DNA of 32,000 bases, taken from positions 3,480,001 to 3,512,000 of the forward strand of contig NC_014148.1 in the NCBI RefSeq assembly GCF_000092105.1. The letters run 5' to 3'. Under the pieces are notes generated by a model, which was not told the DNA's origin, ran no database searches, and saw nothing but the letters and a program-made list of their open reading frames with translations. The stretch's first letter is position 1. Each line of letters begins with the position of its first letter. The position numbers and the translations under genes were made by a program. This DNA comes from Planctopirus limnophila DSM 3776. Its GTDB lineage: Bacteria > Planctomycetota > Planctomycetia > Planctomycetales > Planctomycetaceae. This document shows, one piece after another, positions 1 to 8,930 of this stretch.

Positions 1-1
1 T

Positions 2-625
2 GAGAATCCAGCCAAACTGCGGATGCCGCACATACATTTTGCGTGTCATGTCGGCTTCGAAAGGCGTCATCCATTCCTGGCCCTGCTGCACATAACCAAG
101 CAATTTGCGAGCAGGCTTGTTATCGGGATCGTGCTGAGCCACTTCTCGCACAAGATCCAGAGCATAACTGCCAAAACCCGCATGTAAGGCTTTGCGTGAA
201 TGGAGATATAAATTCTTGGCGTGGCTTTCCTGTTCGAAGCGAAGTTGAGTCTGCCAGAAGCGATCGTCCGCAGGGAGCGCCAGCGGAATTTCCGCGCGTG
301 TTTGGCGCGGTAAGGGCCTGGCGAGAAAGGCTGCCCGATCTGCCGGTGTTTTCGCAGCGCGAACTGTGAGAGCAGCACTGGGAAGCACACGGGTTTCGCA
401 CTCTTTGGCCAGAGTCTCAAGCCTGGCGGCAAATTCTTCTTCCAACTTGGCCTGTTGACTCTGGAGAACTTTCAACGTGCCAGCAGCAGCCGCACGATTC
501 GTCGTCTGCGCCAGAGCCCGGGAGGGATCGAGGATGATCAAAAACAAGGCAAGGATCAGGAGCACCGGAGACCAGAAGTTCGATCTGGTGGGAGAGGTAT
601 CGCTCACATCCATGTTGATGACCAT
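2..625 (-). CDS. hypothetical exported or membrane-anchored protein, 3' end cut by the window edge
   Basis: This ORF is not in the supplied track because it runs off the left edge. I read the minus frame with codon lower ends at 2 mod 3. I found no TTA, CTA or TCA plus-strand triplets from 2 up to the stop at 689-691. ATG candidates are at 625 and 613. The translation starts MVINMDVSDTSPTRSNFWSPVLLILALFLIILDPSRALAQ (hydrophobic signal or anchor) and continues ...LGYVQQGQEWMTPFEADMTRKMYVRHPQFGWIL. No family recognised. Confidence 0.55.
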   Translation of the reverse strand, partial: MVINMDVSDTSPTRSNFWSPVLLILALFLIILDPSRALAQTTNRAAAAGTLKVLQSQQAKLEEEFAARLETLAKECETRVLPSAALTVRAAKTPADRAAFLARPLPRQTRAEIPLALPADDRFWQTQLRFEQESHAKNLYLHSRKALHAGFGSYALDLVREVAQHDPDNKPARKLLGYVQQGQEWMTPFEADMTRKMYVRHPQFGWIL

Positions 626-779
626 TGCTCTTGACCCCTGAGGCTGCCAGTGAATGTCACTCACAGGCCCGAGAAAAATTCTGCCACTTTATGATGATTG
701 ATTGAAGCGGAGTGGTCTAGACCCGAATGAGCGGAATCGTGGCCCGTAGAACAAAGTGGAATTCTGCCGAAGATCGGCA

Positions 780-1817
780 TCAGGGATGGCTGGAATGGGC
801 AAGATGCTCATGGTCGAGTGCTGAAGACGATTTGAAGAGCCAGAACAGCCACGCCAGCGAAGGTAATAAAAGGAGCATTCCGCCAGCGATCGCCACAAGC
901 ATGGCCCAGAGGACGGACGGCGGAGCCACCAGTTGATCCAGTGGAATTTCGGGGATCATGGTCGCGGGTGAGACGGCTAAGCCGGCCCCCCACAGCACCG
1001 CGGCCACAGCCAAAACACTCGCCAGCACGGCAGCCAGAGGCCAGCGAAAATAGAGCGCGACCATCGAAAACATCCCGCCAGCCCAGGAAAGCAGCACCAA
1101 GGGTGAGTCGCCCCAGATGAGTCGCCTGGCCATTTCCGGTTGTTCGCTGCTGACAAACGCCAGCCCTGCCATGGCCAGAAGTCCTGTCCAGACACCGGAG
1201 AGCATCGCCCTGCTCCGCCAGATCTCCATCAGAAAACGTTCGTGGCGCAGGCTTGCTTCGCGGAAGAGAAAGACTGAGCAAAGATAGAGGCAGACAGCCA
1301 CTGCAAAAAATCCACTATAGATCGCCAGTGGATTGAGCCACGCCGTCTGCGATAAACGGGGATTTGTTGCCTCACGGGTCAGGATCCCTCCCACGACGGT
1401 TCCCAGAAAAAATGGCGCTGCCGTCGAAGCCAGACCGAAGAGCACAGTCGACGCACGCGTGACCGAGTTTTCGACAGGCGAATACGCGCGAAAGATAAAG
1501 GCCGCGCCACGACAGACAATCCCAGCTAATCCCAGAAGTAGTGGCAGCCACATCACCACACACAGATGCTGAAACACCCGCGGCATGGCCGACCAGAGGA
1601 TCACCAGCACAAAAATCAGCCAGACGTGATTGGCTTCCCAGACAGGGCCAATCACTTCTCTCAGCAATTGGCGATCTCGACGATGCGAGCGAAAACTTGT
1701 GTTGAACTCCCAGATTCCCGCGCCAAAGTCGGCACCGCCAAGAATGGCATAAGCTGTGAGTGCCAGCAGCAATGTGCCGTAAAGTATTGAGGCAGGGAGA
1801 ATAGCATCGGGATTCAT
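780..1817 (-). CDS. cydB: cytochrome bd-type quinol oxidase subunit II
   Basis: Polytopic membrane protein starting MNPDAILPASILYGTLLLALTAYAILGGADFGAGIWEF, a typical CydB N-terminus. I chose the internal ATG at 1817 because it forms an ATGA start/stop overlap with the cydA stop (1814-1816). The track ORF extends to 1961, but that stretch overlaps cydA. Confidence 0.9.
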   Translation of the reverse strand: MNPDAILPASILYGTLLLALTAYAILGGADFGAGIWEFNTSFRSHRRDRQLLREVIGPVWEANHVWLIFVLVILWSAMPRVFQHLCVVMWLPLLLGLAGIVCRGAAFIFRAYSPVENSVTRASTVLFGLASTAAPFFLGTVVGGILTREATNPRLSQTAWLNPLAIYSGFFAVAVCLYLCSVFLFREASLRHERFLMEIWRSRAMLSGVWTGLLAMAGLAFVSSEQPEMARRLIWGDSPLVLLSWAGGMFSMVALYFRWPLAAVLASVLAVAAVLWGAGLAVSPATMIPEIPLDQLVAPPSVLWAMLVAIAGGMLLLLPSLAWLFWLFKSSSALDHEHLAHSSHP

Positions 1818-3163
1818 GACAAAGAGCTTTGATCTGACGCTGCCGGGTTGGAAGACAAATTCGAAGACGTTGGTATCGGCTGCACCGCCAATAATTGGAG
1901 GACAATGGTCAAGCCAGCGAATAAAGCCAGATAGATGGCCAGCGTCGCTAAAAAGAGCCATTCCAGCCCAGGGATTTGTGAGGCGGCGTCTTTGGTACGC
2001 ATCACGTTATGGGCAATCCAGGGCTGTCGGCCAACTTCCGTCACGACCCAGCCTGCTTCCATCGCGAGCACTGTCGCCGGGCCGGAGGCGATGATCGCCA
2101 TTAAAACCCAGCGATTGTCGGCGGGATGCCATTTCATCCACCACGAGAGGATTGTCCAGCCACCTAACGCCATGAGTAAAGTCCCCAGCCCCACCATGAT
2201 CTGAAAGGCGATATGCACGACGACGACTGGAGGCTGGTTTTCTCGTGGAAAATCATCGAGGCCCTGTACTGTCGCGTGAGGATCACCATAAGCAAGGATT
2301 GACAGCGCGTAAGGAATTTCAATGTCATAATTGGTTTCGCGAGTGGTCGTATCCGGCCAGCCGCCAATGCGAAGGGGAGCCCCCGTTTCGGTTTTGAACT
2401 GCCCTTCCATGGCTGCCAGCTTAATCGGCTGAGTGCGAGCTACTGTTTTCGCTGCCCAGTCTCCTGCCAGACCCTGTGGAAAACTGGCCAGTGTTCCCAT
2501 CCACAACGCCAGCAACATCGCCCTGCGAGAATAGAGACAGGTAGGTTTATTCCAGAGTACGCATGCATAGAAAGCTGCCACCAGAAAACCCGTCACCATG
2601 TAAGCCGCCAGCAGCATGTGGACAATCTGGACGGCGGCCGTTGGCCCGGTCATTGCTGCCAGCGGATCGACATCGACAACCACACCATCCCGCATTGTGA
2701 AACCGCGCGGCGCATTCATCCAGGCATTCGCAGTGACAACAAAGGAGGCCGAAGCCACACCAGAGAGGGCTATCGGCACGCCAGTCCACCAGTGGATGCG
2801 AGGGGGAAGCTTATTCCAGCCATAAAGATAGATCCCGGCAAAGATCGCCTCCAGAAAGAAGGCAAAACCTTCGAGAGTAAATGGCAATCCAATCACGCTG
2901 CCAAAAGTTCCCATAAACTTAGGCCAGAGAATGCCCAGTTCAAATGAGAGAACTGTCCCGGAAACCGCACCGACAGCAAAGAGCACAGCAAAGGCTTTCG
3001 ACCAGCGGTGTGCCAGTGCCCGCCAGAGAGGATCATTGGTGCGCAGCGAAAGCCACTCGGCTGACAGCATGAGAACGGGTAAACCGACACCTAAGCAGGC
3101 CAGAATGATGTGCGAGCCAAGCGTGAAGGCCATCTGCCATCGAGCGATGAGCAACGAATCCAC
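1814..3163 (-). CDS. cydA: cytochrome bd-type quinol oxidase subunit I (449 aa, short relative to my recollection of about 520 aa for E. coli CydA)
   Basis: MDSLLIARWQMAFTLGSHIILACLGVGLP...FTLEGFAFFLEAIFAGIYLYGW... matches the conserved CydA N-terminal helices. Multi-TM throughout. Translationally coupled to cydB. Confidence 0.95.
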   Translation of the reverse strand: MDSLLIARWQMAFTLGSHIILACLGVGLPVLMLSAEWLSLRTNDPLWRALAHRWSKAFAVLFAVGAVSGTVLSFELGILWPKFMGTFGSVIGLPFTLEGFAFFLEAIFAGIYLYGWNKLPPRIHWWTGVPIALSGVASASFVVTANAWMNAPRGFTMRDGVVVDVDPLAAMTGPTAAVQIVHMLLAAYMVTGFLVAAFYACVLWNKPTCLYSRRAMLLALWMGTLASFPQGLAGDWAAKTVARTQPIKLAAMEGQFKTETGAPLRIGGWPDTTTRETNYDIEIPYALSILAYGDPHATVQGLDDFPRENQPPVVVVHIAFQIMVGLGTLLMALGGWTILSWWMKWHPADNRWVLMAIIASGPATVLAMEAGWVVTEVGRQPWIAHNVMRTKDAASQIPGLEWLFLATLAIYLALFAGLTIVLQLLAVQPIPTSSNLSSNPAASDQSSLS

Positions 3164-3547
3164 AAAATGACTTTCGAATGCAGGTGCAAGTTGGAATTGA
3201 GCAAATCGCCATAAGCTTACGGGGCGCGGTTCTACCGTCGCATCATCTCAACATTATCGCCCTCCATCAAAAATATGGATATGTCAAAAGCCGTACCCGA
3301 CCACGATTCTCAATTGTTGGTGCAAATGAAAGCGAAATCAGCTGCCATCCAGTCATCGTTTCTTGAAGTTAAGGATTTTGAGAATGCCCCCAACCGGCCG
3401 CTCTCCGAACTGGTCGCTCACCCAACTCACCGTTCAAATAAGAAGTTTTCGCCTCATGAAAAACTTTCAAAGAATTTCTGGCCAACAGGCCGCTTCGTTG
3501 ACGCATGAATCGGTGTAAGCTGCTGCTCATGCAGTTTTGGCGATTTT

Positions 3548-5305
3548 ATGAATCTTCCCAGGGTGAAGCGGATGTCTCGAACACAAAACATCGTGCCATG
3601 GGCCTGCTGGTTACTTGTGGGAATGTCCTGCGGCCTGCTGTCACAGCCAATAGCCCCAGCCGCTGAAAAAAATGGCTTGTTTGATTGGAGGAGTTCCGCT
3701 GCGATTCCGGGTGGAGTCAAAGATGTGACCAGCGACCTCGCCAGAAACATCGAGGGAAATACACTCGATCTGGGAACGGGGAAGATCGTACTGACACCTC
3801 GCATCAAGCTGAAATCCGCAGTTGCCGACCACGTGAAGCTCTCCCTGGTTTTTCAGGTCGAAGAAGCGAATCAGACCATGGAGTTGACTGGCCTGGCGGG
3901 AATGAATGGACACTATCTGCCTGCCGGAGCCAATTTGCGAAACATTCGTATCGAGAAGTCGCCGCATAGCGAAACATTTCTCCGGAAGGGGGAATTGACT
4001 CTCCTGCTGATTTTCCCCCAGAACAAACCAGCCGGTTCGGGTTTGGCTGAAAGACTGGCTGAGCGAAAACGAGAGATGGAGCAGGAAAAGCAGAATCCTC
4101 CGCAATGGAAGCCATTCCCCGGTCAGCCCGAACCTGAAAAACAGGTCAAGAAATCGCCACTGGTTCCCGGCCCGGAGACGGGCTACAAGCCTCGATCGAT
4201 GGAATTTGCACAATTGGCGGCAGCGATTTCAGGTAAGTACGTCATGCCCGGACGGGATACACACCGCCCTTATGCCGTGCAGTGGCGTCAGGCCGCCGAA
4301 GCCGCATCCAAATACCCTGCTCCAGAACTTCATAAGTATTCGACAAAAATGCTGGAGCGAGCCAAGGCCGACGCAGGTATCGATCTGACAGCTGTGCGGG
4401 CGAAATTGCGAAAGGATGCGGAGCGTTTAGCAAACAAGAAAATTGGCTATGGCACCGTCATCGGATATGAAACTACGGACTCCTTTGGGAATCAGAGACC
4501 TGTTTTTGCGAGTGGTAATGAACCGGATCTCAGTGCTCAGCAAGAAGCTCGTGAATTGGAAGCGATTGCTGGGAAAAACGATCAGGAGTTGCGAGCCTGG
4601 GTGATCGCTCGCAGAGATCAGAATGGCTGGGAAGATCTGTTTTTTGGAGATGGAACATCCAACAACCGGGATCACATGTTCCAGAATCTCGTAATGGATG
4701 CCCGCAAGGTTCTCGTCGCCGATGCAGCACAACATGCCGGGCCAGTAGCGAACTCACCATTGGTTCAATTTCGTCGAGTCGATTCCAAGAAATTCAAGCT
4801 CAAGAACGTGAGCCAAAAAAGTTTGAGTGATGCCTTAGTGATGATGAAAATGGGGTTCACCAAGTCCGACAAACTCAAACAGTTTCGAGCACCGATAATG
4901 CTTTTTGTTCCGCAATGGAAAGCGGGCGATGAATTAGAGATGGATTTTGAATTCAATGAACCCACCGTAGTTCACGCCCAGATCGATACCTATACAAATG
5001 AGGCATCGCTCCTGGGAACTGAGTTTTCGCTCGTTGACCCACAAGCTCCCCCCAGTGATCGGCCCGGGAAAATTGTGCTGAGAAGCGACAACCCTCTAAG
5101 CAAAGGTTTGAAAGTCTGGGCGGAACTGGATGGCCAGCGTTTCGAATGGGAGGAAGGAGAGCGGCAGCTCGAAATCCCTGCACCACCAGGCAAGCATCAA
5201 CTGGTGGTTAAAGGCCGCAATGGAAAGATCACAAAAACACTTCACACTTCACAGCCCGAAATTGACGCAAAAGACTACAAGACGATCAGCATTCCGAGCA
5301 AATAG
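3548..5305 (+). CDS. hypothetical secreted protein (585 aa)
   Basis: Long uninterrupted ORF. The N-terminus has a signal-peptide-like segment (VPWACWLLVGMSCGLLSQPIAPAAEKNG). An alternative start is MSRTQ at 3572. There is a charged, Pro-rich linker (KREMEQEKQNPPQWKPFPGQPEPEKQ). The C-terminal segment is beta-rich (GKHQLVVKGRNGKITKTLH). No family recognised. Confidence 0.75.
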   Translation: MNLPRVKRMSRTQNIVPWACWLLVGMSCGLLSQPIAPAAEKNGLFDWRSSAAIPGGVKDVTSDLARNIEGNTLDLGTGKIVLTPRIKLKSAVADHVKLSLVFQVEEANQTMELTGLAGMNGHYLPAGANLRNIRIEKSPHSETFLRKGELTLLLIFPQNKPAGSGLAERLAERKREMEQEKQNPPQWKPFPGQPEPEKQVKKSPLVPGPETGYKPRSMEFAQLAAAISGKYVMPGRDTHRPYAVQWRQAAEAASKYPAPELHKYSTKMLERAKADAGIDLTAVRAKLRKDAERLANKKIGYGTVIGYETTDSFGNQRPVFASGNEPDLSAQQEARELEAIAGKNDQELRAWVIARRDQNGWEDLFFGDGTSNNRDHMFQNLVMDARKVLVADAAQHAGPVANSPLVQFRRVDSKKFKLKNVSQKSLSDALVMMKMGFTKSDKLKQFRAPIMLFVPQWKAGDELEMDFEFNEPTVVHAQIDTYTNEASLLGTEFSLVDPQAPPSDRPGKIVLRSDNPLSKGLKVWAELDGQRFEWEEGERQLEIPAPPGKHQLVVKGRNGKITKTLHTSQPEIDAKDYKTISIPSK

Positions 5306-5331
5306 CGATGGGGCGAGCAATGATAAATTAA

Positions 5332-5363
5332 GTTGTTGGTTGTTGGTTGTTGGTTGTTGGTTG
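5332..5363. repeat. heptanucleotide tandem repeat, GTTGTTG x4 plus a partial fifth unit (gttg)
   Basis: Read directly: gttgttg at 5332, 5339, 5346 and 5353, then gttg. It lies in the 109-bp spacer between two convergent genes (stops at 5305 and 5415). Confidence 0.9.
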
Positions 5364-5414
5364 CAGAGAGGTCAAGCCGGTGAAAGTGGCACGGTATCGG
5401 AGTTTTGCGCAACG

Positions 5415-8060
5415 CTACTTTTTCAGCGGCATCGGCTCGGATTGCTGATCAGGCGGATTCTTGCTGCTGGTTGTCGATTCGAAGGCTTGATCGAATTGAG
5501 CATGAGCCCAATCAGCCGTCGACTGGGTTTCAATGGCAGCTGGCTTGCTCTGGCTGGCCGCAGGAACTATCCCCTGAGTCGCGACCTGTGGTTGAGCAGG
5601 CAAGTTGCTCAACACCTTAGAACCCACAGAGCCTGTTCGTTCATATCGTGTGGGCAGCATGTGTGATGCATCAACGGTGGGTGTCATGGGATGACTGAGG
5701 GACTGCCCGCCATGTTCAGAGACAGCAGGCTGGCCTGTCTTGTGAAGAGATGTTTCCAGGGGCTGTGCCGGTGGAACATTGGACTTCTGGCTGGGTTTCA
5801 TCATCGGTTCGACTGGCAGGCGAGAGGGCATTTCGCCTGAGGGAACCGATGGGCCAGACGAGTTGTGTTTCTTCATGGCTGGCATTTTTGAAGCGGGTGT
5901 GCCGGATTCGACACTCCCCGCCGCCGGGACAACCTGATTGTCCCGCATGACCTGCTGATCTTTCGACCACTGGCCAATCACTTCTTCTCGGCCTGTCGGC
6001 ACAGGAGGCTTGGCTGTCCCTTCCGCCAGCTGAGTTTTGAGTGTGCGACGAAGATCGAGACGCTGAGCTTCTTCCACGCCAGCGACAAGTAAAATTTCAT
6101 CGATGGCATAGCGTTCGCCTTCTTTGCGGAGCCTGACTTCAGCTCCAAATTGCGATTCCCCCAATTGGACCAGAGCGAGGCCTTCACCCAGTTGAATACC
6201 CTTGAGTGAAGTCGCCAGGAATGTATCAGCCGACATACCGGAGTTGGGCACAAACTGGGTTTGCCGCCAGACGACGCGGTTGAACTCTTCCGAACAGCAC
6301 TTCTGCAGATTTTCCAGTGCGACATTCTGATAGGCCGGATCACGCCCCAGCGAAACAGCACAGGCAAAGTTCTGAAGAGGGATCATCAGTTCGGTTGTCA
6401 TTTTGACTGAGGCCGGACGGCCCGAGATTTTCCATTCGATGTCATCAATACGGAATTGACCCTGCTGTTCTCTCAGGAAGTAGGTGAGTTCCTGGCCATT
6501 CTGCATGACGTAGAAGCGAGTCAGAGCACCTTCGAATTTGCGTCCGAGAATCTGAATCTCAGGTTCGTCGAAGACTTCGAGGGGTAAGCCGGGCAGATTC
6601 TGATCGTTGACCTGACTCCAGACACGTTTCGTAAAGTCATACGTCGAGAGTTGCCGCAGAGTAGTAACATCTCTCTGGGCGATCGCCTCGATAAACAATT
6701 CGAGCATGGCCTGTGCGGTGAAGACAGCCGTCAGATGCTGCTCCTGATTGGTGGCAATATCATAAACCGAAACTTCAGTCACCTCATAGACGGGGGGTTG
6801 ATCGCCAATGACGATATCTCCGCCCTGTCGATGCATGGCCACATGAATGACATTCTCTTTGCCTGTCAGCGTAAAATCTGCTCGGGCCTTCTGGATTTTG
6901 ACCTCGACAGTGTGAGAGTTTTCTGACGGACGGGGGAGCGTAATGAGCGAGAGATCGCCCAGGGCAATGGCCCCTTCATAGAACTCCTGGCCACAGAACG
7001 GTTTGATCACTTCGCGATCACGCGAGGCGTAGGCATCGAGGAATTCCATACAGCGCAGCACAGCCAGCGATTGTTTGTAGACCGAAGGAATCTGCTCGAC
7101 CTCTTCTTTGGAGTCGATGGCAATATCTGCCACCAGCCAATGCCCTTCCTGCAGCACGAGTGTCCAGACAGTTTCTCCACGCTCGCGGGGAAGCCGGACA
7201 ATGGCGGTCTTTTCATCGAGAGAAGCCTCGGGACGAGTCGATTTCGAGGATCGTTTTTCGCCAGAGACAATCTTGGTGAGTTTGGTGCGGTAATCATCGG
7301 GAAGATTGCGGAAGGCGGCGGCGAATTCGGGAGTCATCTGTTCGCAGATGGAGGGAACTTCCGATTCCTGCCACGCTTCAATGGCTTCGCGGACACTGAG
7401 CAGCAGATCCATCTGTTCGGTGACAGATTTGTAGGCAGTCACGCCGCGCTTACGCTGCTTCATGAAGACGTCGTCAACGACCCATTGGCGATACTTATCG
7501 TCGAAGACCAGGTCGTAGAAGATTTCCTTCTTTTGTTCACCGACTTCGACAGTGACTCGTTTGCGTTTGGGATCAACCTCTTCAACCTTGATGACCGACG
7601 TTTTGCCCGTCGGCAGATTGAGGATTTTGAGATCATCCATCGCATCGGCAGTGCGCAGAGCTTTCTGGCTGAACGCATCGGAAGATGTGTGTTTGAGGGC
7701 TGATAGGTTGGCCGAATCAAGATTTGCGGCGAATTTTTCGATCGCTCGCGATTCCACCATATTGGCACACCCCACAGCAGAGAGCGACGCTGTGAAAGCT
7801 GCGAGTAAAACCAACCCCAGGGCACCGGTACAACGAGTTGCCAGACTGCCAGTTTTTGAACCAGAGCCAGAGTGGGTGTCGTGCATAATGAAAGGAGTTC
7901 CACCGGTGGGGAGAAGCCTGCTGGCAAGTATTGAATGGCTTTTCAAATCGACACTGCTGTTTGAATCGAAAGCCGGCGACTGCATGGCTGCAGACGTTGG
8001 CAGACCTGCTGGTTGCAGATCGTGAATGAGCAATGAAGATGTCTTTGAGCGATGAGGCAT
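5415..8060 (-). CDS. hypothetical lipoprotein-like protein with five tandem modules of about 115 aa and a disordered P/S/Q/T-rich C-terminal tail
   Basis: 881-aa ORF. The likely true start is ATG 7886 (MHDTHSGSGSKTGSLATRCTGALGLVLLAAFTASLSAVGCANMV), which gives a hydrophobic signal ending in a Cys, loosely lipobox-like. Repeated module openings are AIEKFAANLDSANL, VREAIEAWQESEV, CMEFLDAYASRDRE, FIEAIAQRDVTT and FACAVSLGRDPAY. The last 190 or so residues are low complexity. Confidence 0.8.
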   Translation of the reverse strand: MPHRSKTSSLLIHDLQPAGLPTSAAMQSPAFDSNSSVDLKSHSILASRLLPTGGTPFIMHDTHSGSGSKTGSLATRCTGALGLVLLAAFTASLSAVGCANMVESRAIEKFAANLDSANLSALKHTSSDAFSQKALRTADAMDDLKILNLPTGKTSVIKVEEVDPKRKRVTVEVGEQKKEIFYDLVFDDKYRQWVVDDVFMKQRKRGVTAYKSVTEQMDLLLSVREAIEAWQESEVPSICEQMTPEFAAAFRNLPDDYRTKLTKIVSGEKRSSKSTRPEASLDEKTAIVRLPRERGETVWTLVLQEGHWLVADIAIDSKEEVEQIPSVYKQSLAVLRCMEFLDAYASRDREVIKPFCGQEFYEGAIALGDLSLITLPRPSENSHTVEVKIQKARADFTLTGKENVIHVAMHRQGGDIVIGDQPPVYEVTEVSVYDIATNQEQHLTAVFTAQAMLELFIEAIAQRDVTTLRQLSTYDFTKRVWSQVNDQNLPGLPLEVFDEPEIQILGRKFEGALTRFYVMQNGQELTYFLREQQGQFRIDDIEWKISGRPASVKMTTELMIPLQNFACAVSLGRDPAYQNVALENLQKCCSEEFNRVVWRQTQFVPNSGMSADTFLATSLKGIQLGEGLALVQLGESQFGAEVRLRKEGERYAIDEILLVAGVEEAQRLDLRRTLKTQLAEGTAKPPVPTGREEVIGQWSKDQQVMRDNQVVPAAGSVESGTPASKMPAMKKHNSSGPSVPSGEMPSRLPVEPMMKPSQKSNVPPAQPLETSLHKTGQPAVSEHGGQSLSHPMTPTVDASHMLPTRYERTGSVGSKVLSNLPAQPQVATQGIVPAASQSKPAAIETQSTADWAHAQFDQAFESTTSSKNPPDQQSEPMPLKK

Positions 8061-8385
8061 GTCTTCATCCTGTGTTCAACCAGCATGAACCTCGTGGGCA
8101 TGAGCTTCAGTGACCAGTTCAAGAGATGGCAGGAAAAAACGTCTGTGGCAGGATCAGGCGGGGAGTCAACAACAATTCGTGAGGCGGGAAGAATGAAAGC
8201 CAGGCAGGCGAAAGGATGGGAGGGCAGGCAATTTGCGAAGGGAACCGTCTGATCATTGGCCCGATGAATCGAACCAGCCACCAGACTTCCAGGCGACGGT
8301 ATCGCTCAATCGGCAGAAGCAGGTCAACGGGCATTCGATCGTTGAAGTGACTAAAGATCGGCAGAAGCTGCGAGGAACAGGGATT

Positions 8386-8871
8386 TCAGGCCATTTCTCC
8401 AGTGCGTGTGGCGAAATTCGCCGATGGCTGGGTGAAAACCATCGATTTTGAAGCCATCAATGACCATGTCTGGCCCAAATAACTTCCCGCTGAACTGCAA
8501 AATCGATGGGGACTTGTCATTGGAAGCTGGCCGATGGAAACCACCTCATGACCTTCGAAGATTAGCGGTTCAGCGGCAGAAATGACCGGAAAGGGATTTG
8601 AGTTTGGACTTGTGGGAAACGGGATTGTCGAAGACAACTTCGCTATCAAACCCGGCGTCTTAATCACGCCGGAGGTGCCAACCCTGTTCACGAGAGCCTG
8701 GATCATCAACGGCGCATGTCGTTTTGACATGGTCAGATCCCGCTCGTTCGTATGCGACTCCACCGTCGCATGATGGACCCGGGTTTGATGTTTTTCTCTT
8801 GGATTGACAGGTGATGAGACTGCTGGGACTTTCAGATAAGAATACCCGCGCTCACAAAGTTGAGCACTCAC
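8386..8871 (-). CDS. questionable ORF (161 aa; internal Met at 8730 would give 114 aa)
   Basis: This is the only long ORF in an 870-bp gap, and it is co-directional with its neighbours. From MSKRH onward I count no Asp, few charged residues and many Ser/Pro/Thr, which is atypical of real proteins. No family recognised. See the finding for 8061-8930. Confidence 0.25.
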   Translation of the reverse strand: MSAQLCERGYSYLKVPAVSSPVNPREKHQTRVHHATVESHTNERDLTMSKRHAPLMIQALVNRVGTSGVIKTPGLIAKLSSTIPFPTSPNSNPFPVISAAEPLIFEGHEVVSIGQLPMTSPHRFCSSAGSYLGQTWSLMASKSMVFTQPSANFATRTGEMA

Positions 8872-8930
8872 TCCAATTCATTGTCATGCCGTGTGCGACG
8901 CGATGACGCACAATTCCGGACAAAGGCACA

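Noticed and set aside
711-720. Short perfect palindromes such as GGTCTAGACC downstream of cydB, and CTTCGAAG and AGAGCTCT elsewhere
   Set aside because: These are 8-10 bp restriction-site-like palindromes without a loop or context. They are expected by chance in 32 kb.
1818-1961. N-terminal extensions of track ORFs: cydB to 1961, gltD to 11942, rpiB to 10156, flgF from 30206, ppc from 22201 and feoB from 19457
   Set aside because: The family-typical N-termini begin at internal start codons. The extensions overlap upstream genes or lack conservation-like sequence.
3275-3508. 77-aa hydrophilic ORF in the cydA / 585-aa divergent spacer
   Set aside because: No Shine-Dalgarno-like element and no recognisable motif. 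It sits where promoters of both flanking genes are expected. I cannot support it without conservation or expression data.
3641-4213. 190-aa minus-strand ORF antisense to the 585-aa gene
   Set aside because: Same-phase shadow ORF (both 2 mod 3), fully nested in the longer ORF.
5130-5666. 178-aa plus ORF spanning the heptanucleotide repeat
   Set aside because: It overlaps the ends of both convergent genes and translates the microsatellite as a low-complexity run (WLLVVGCWL). It is not credible.
7071-7703. 210-aa plus-strand ORF antisense to the 881-aa gene
   Set aside because: Same-phase shadow ORF (7071 and 5415 are both 0 mod 3). The composition is typical of antisense translation (F/R/G/D-rich, no motifs).
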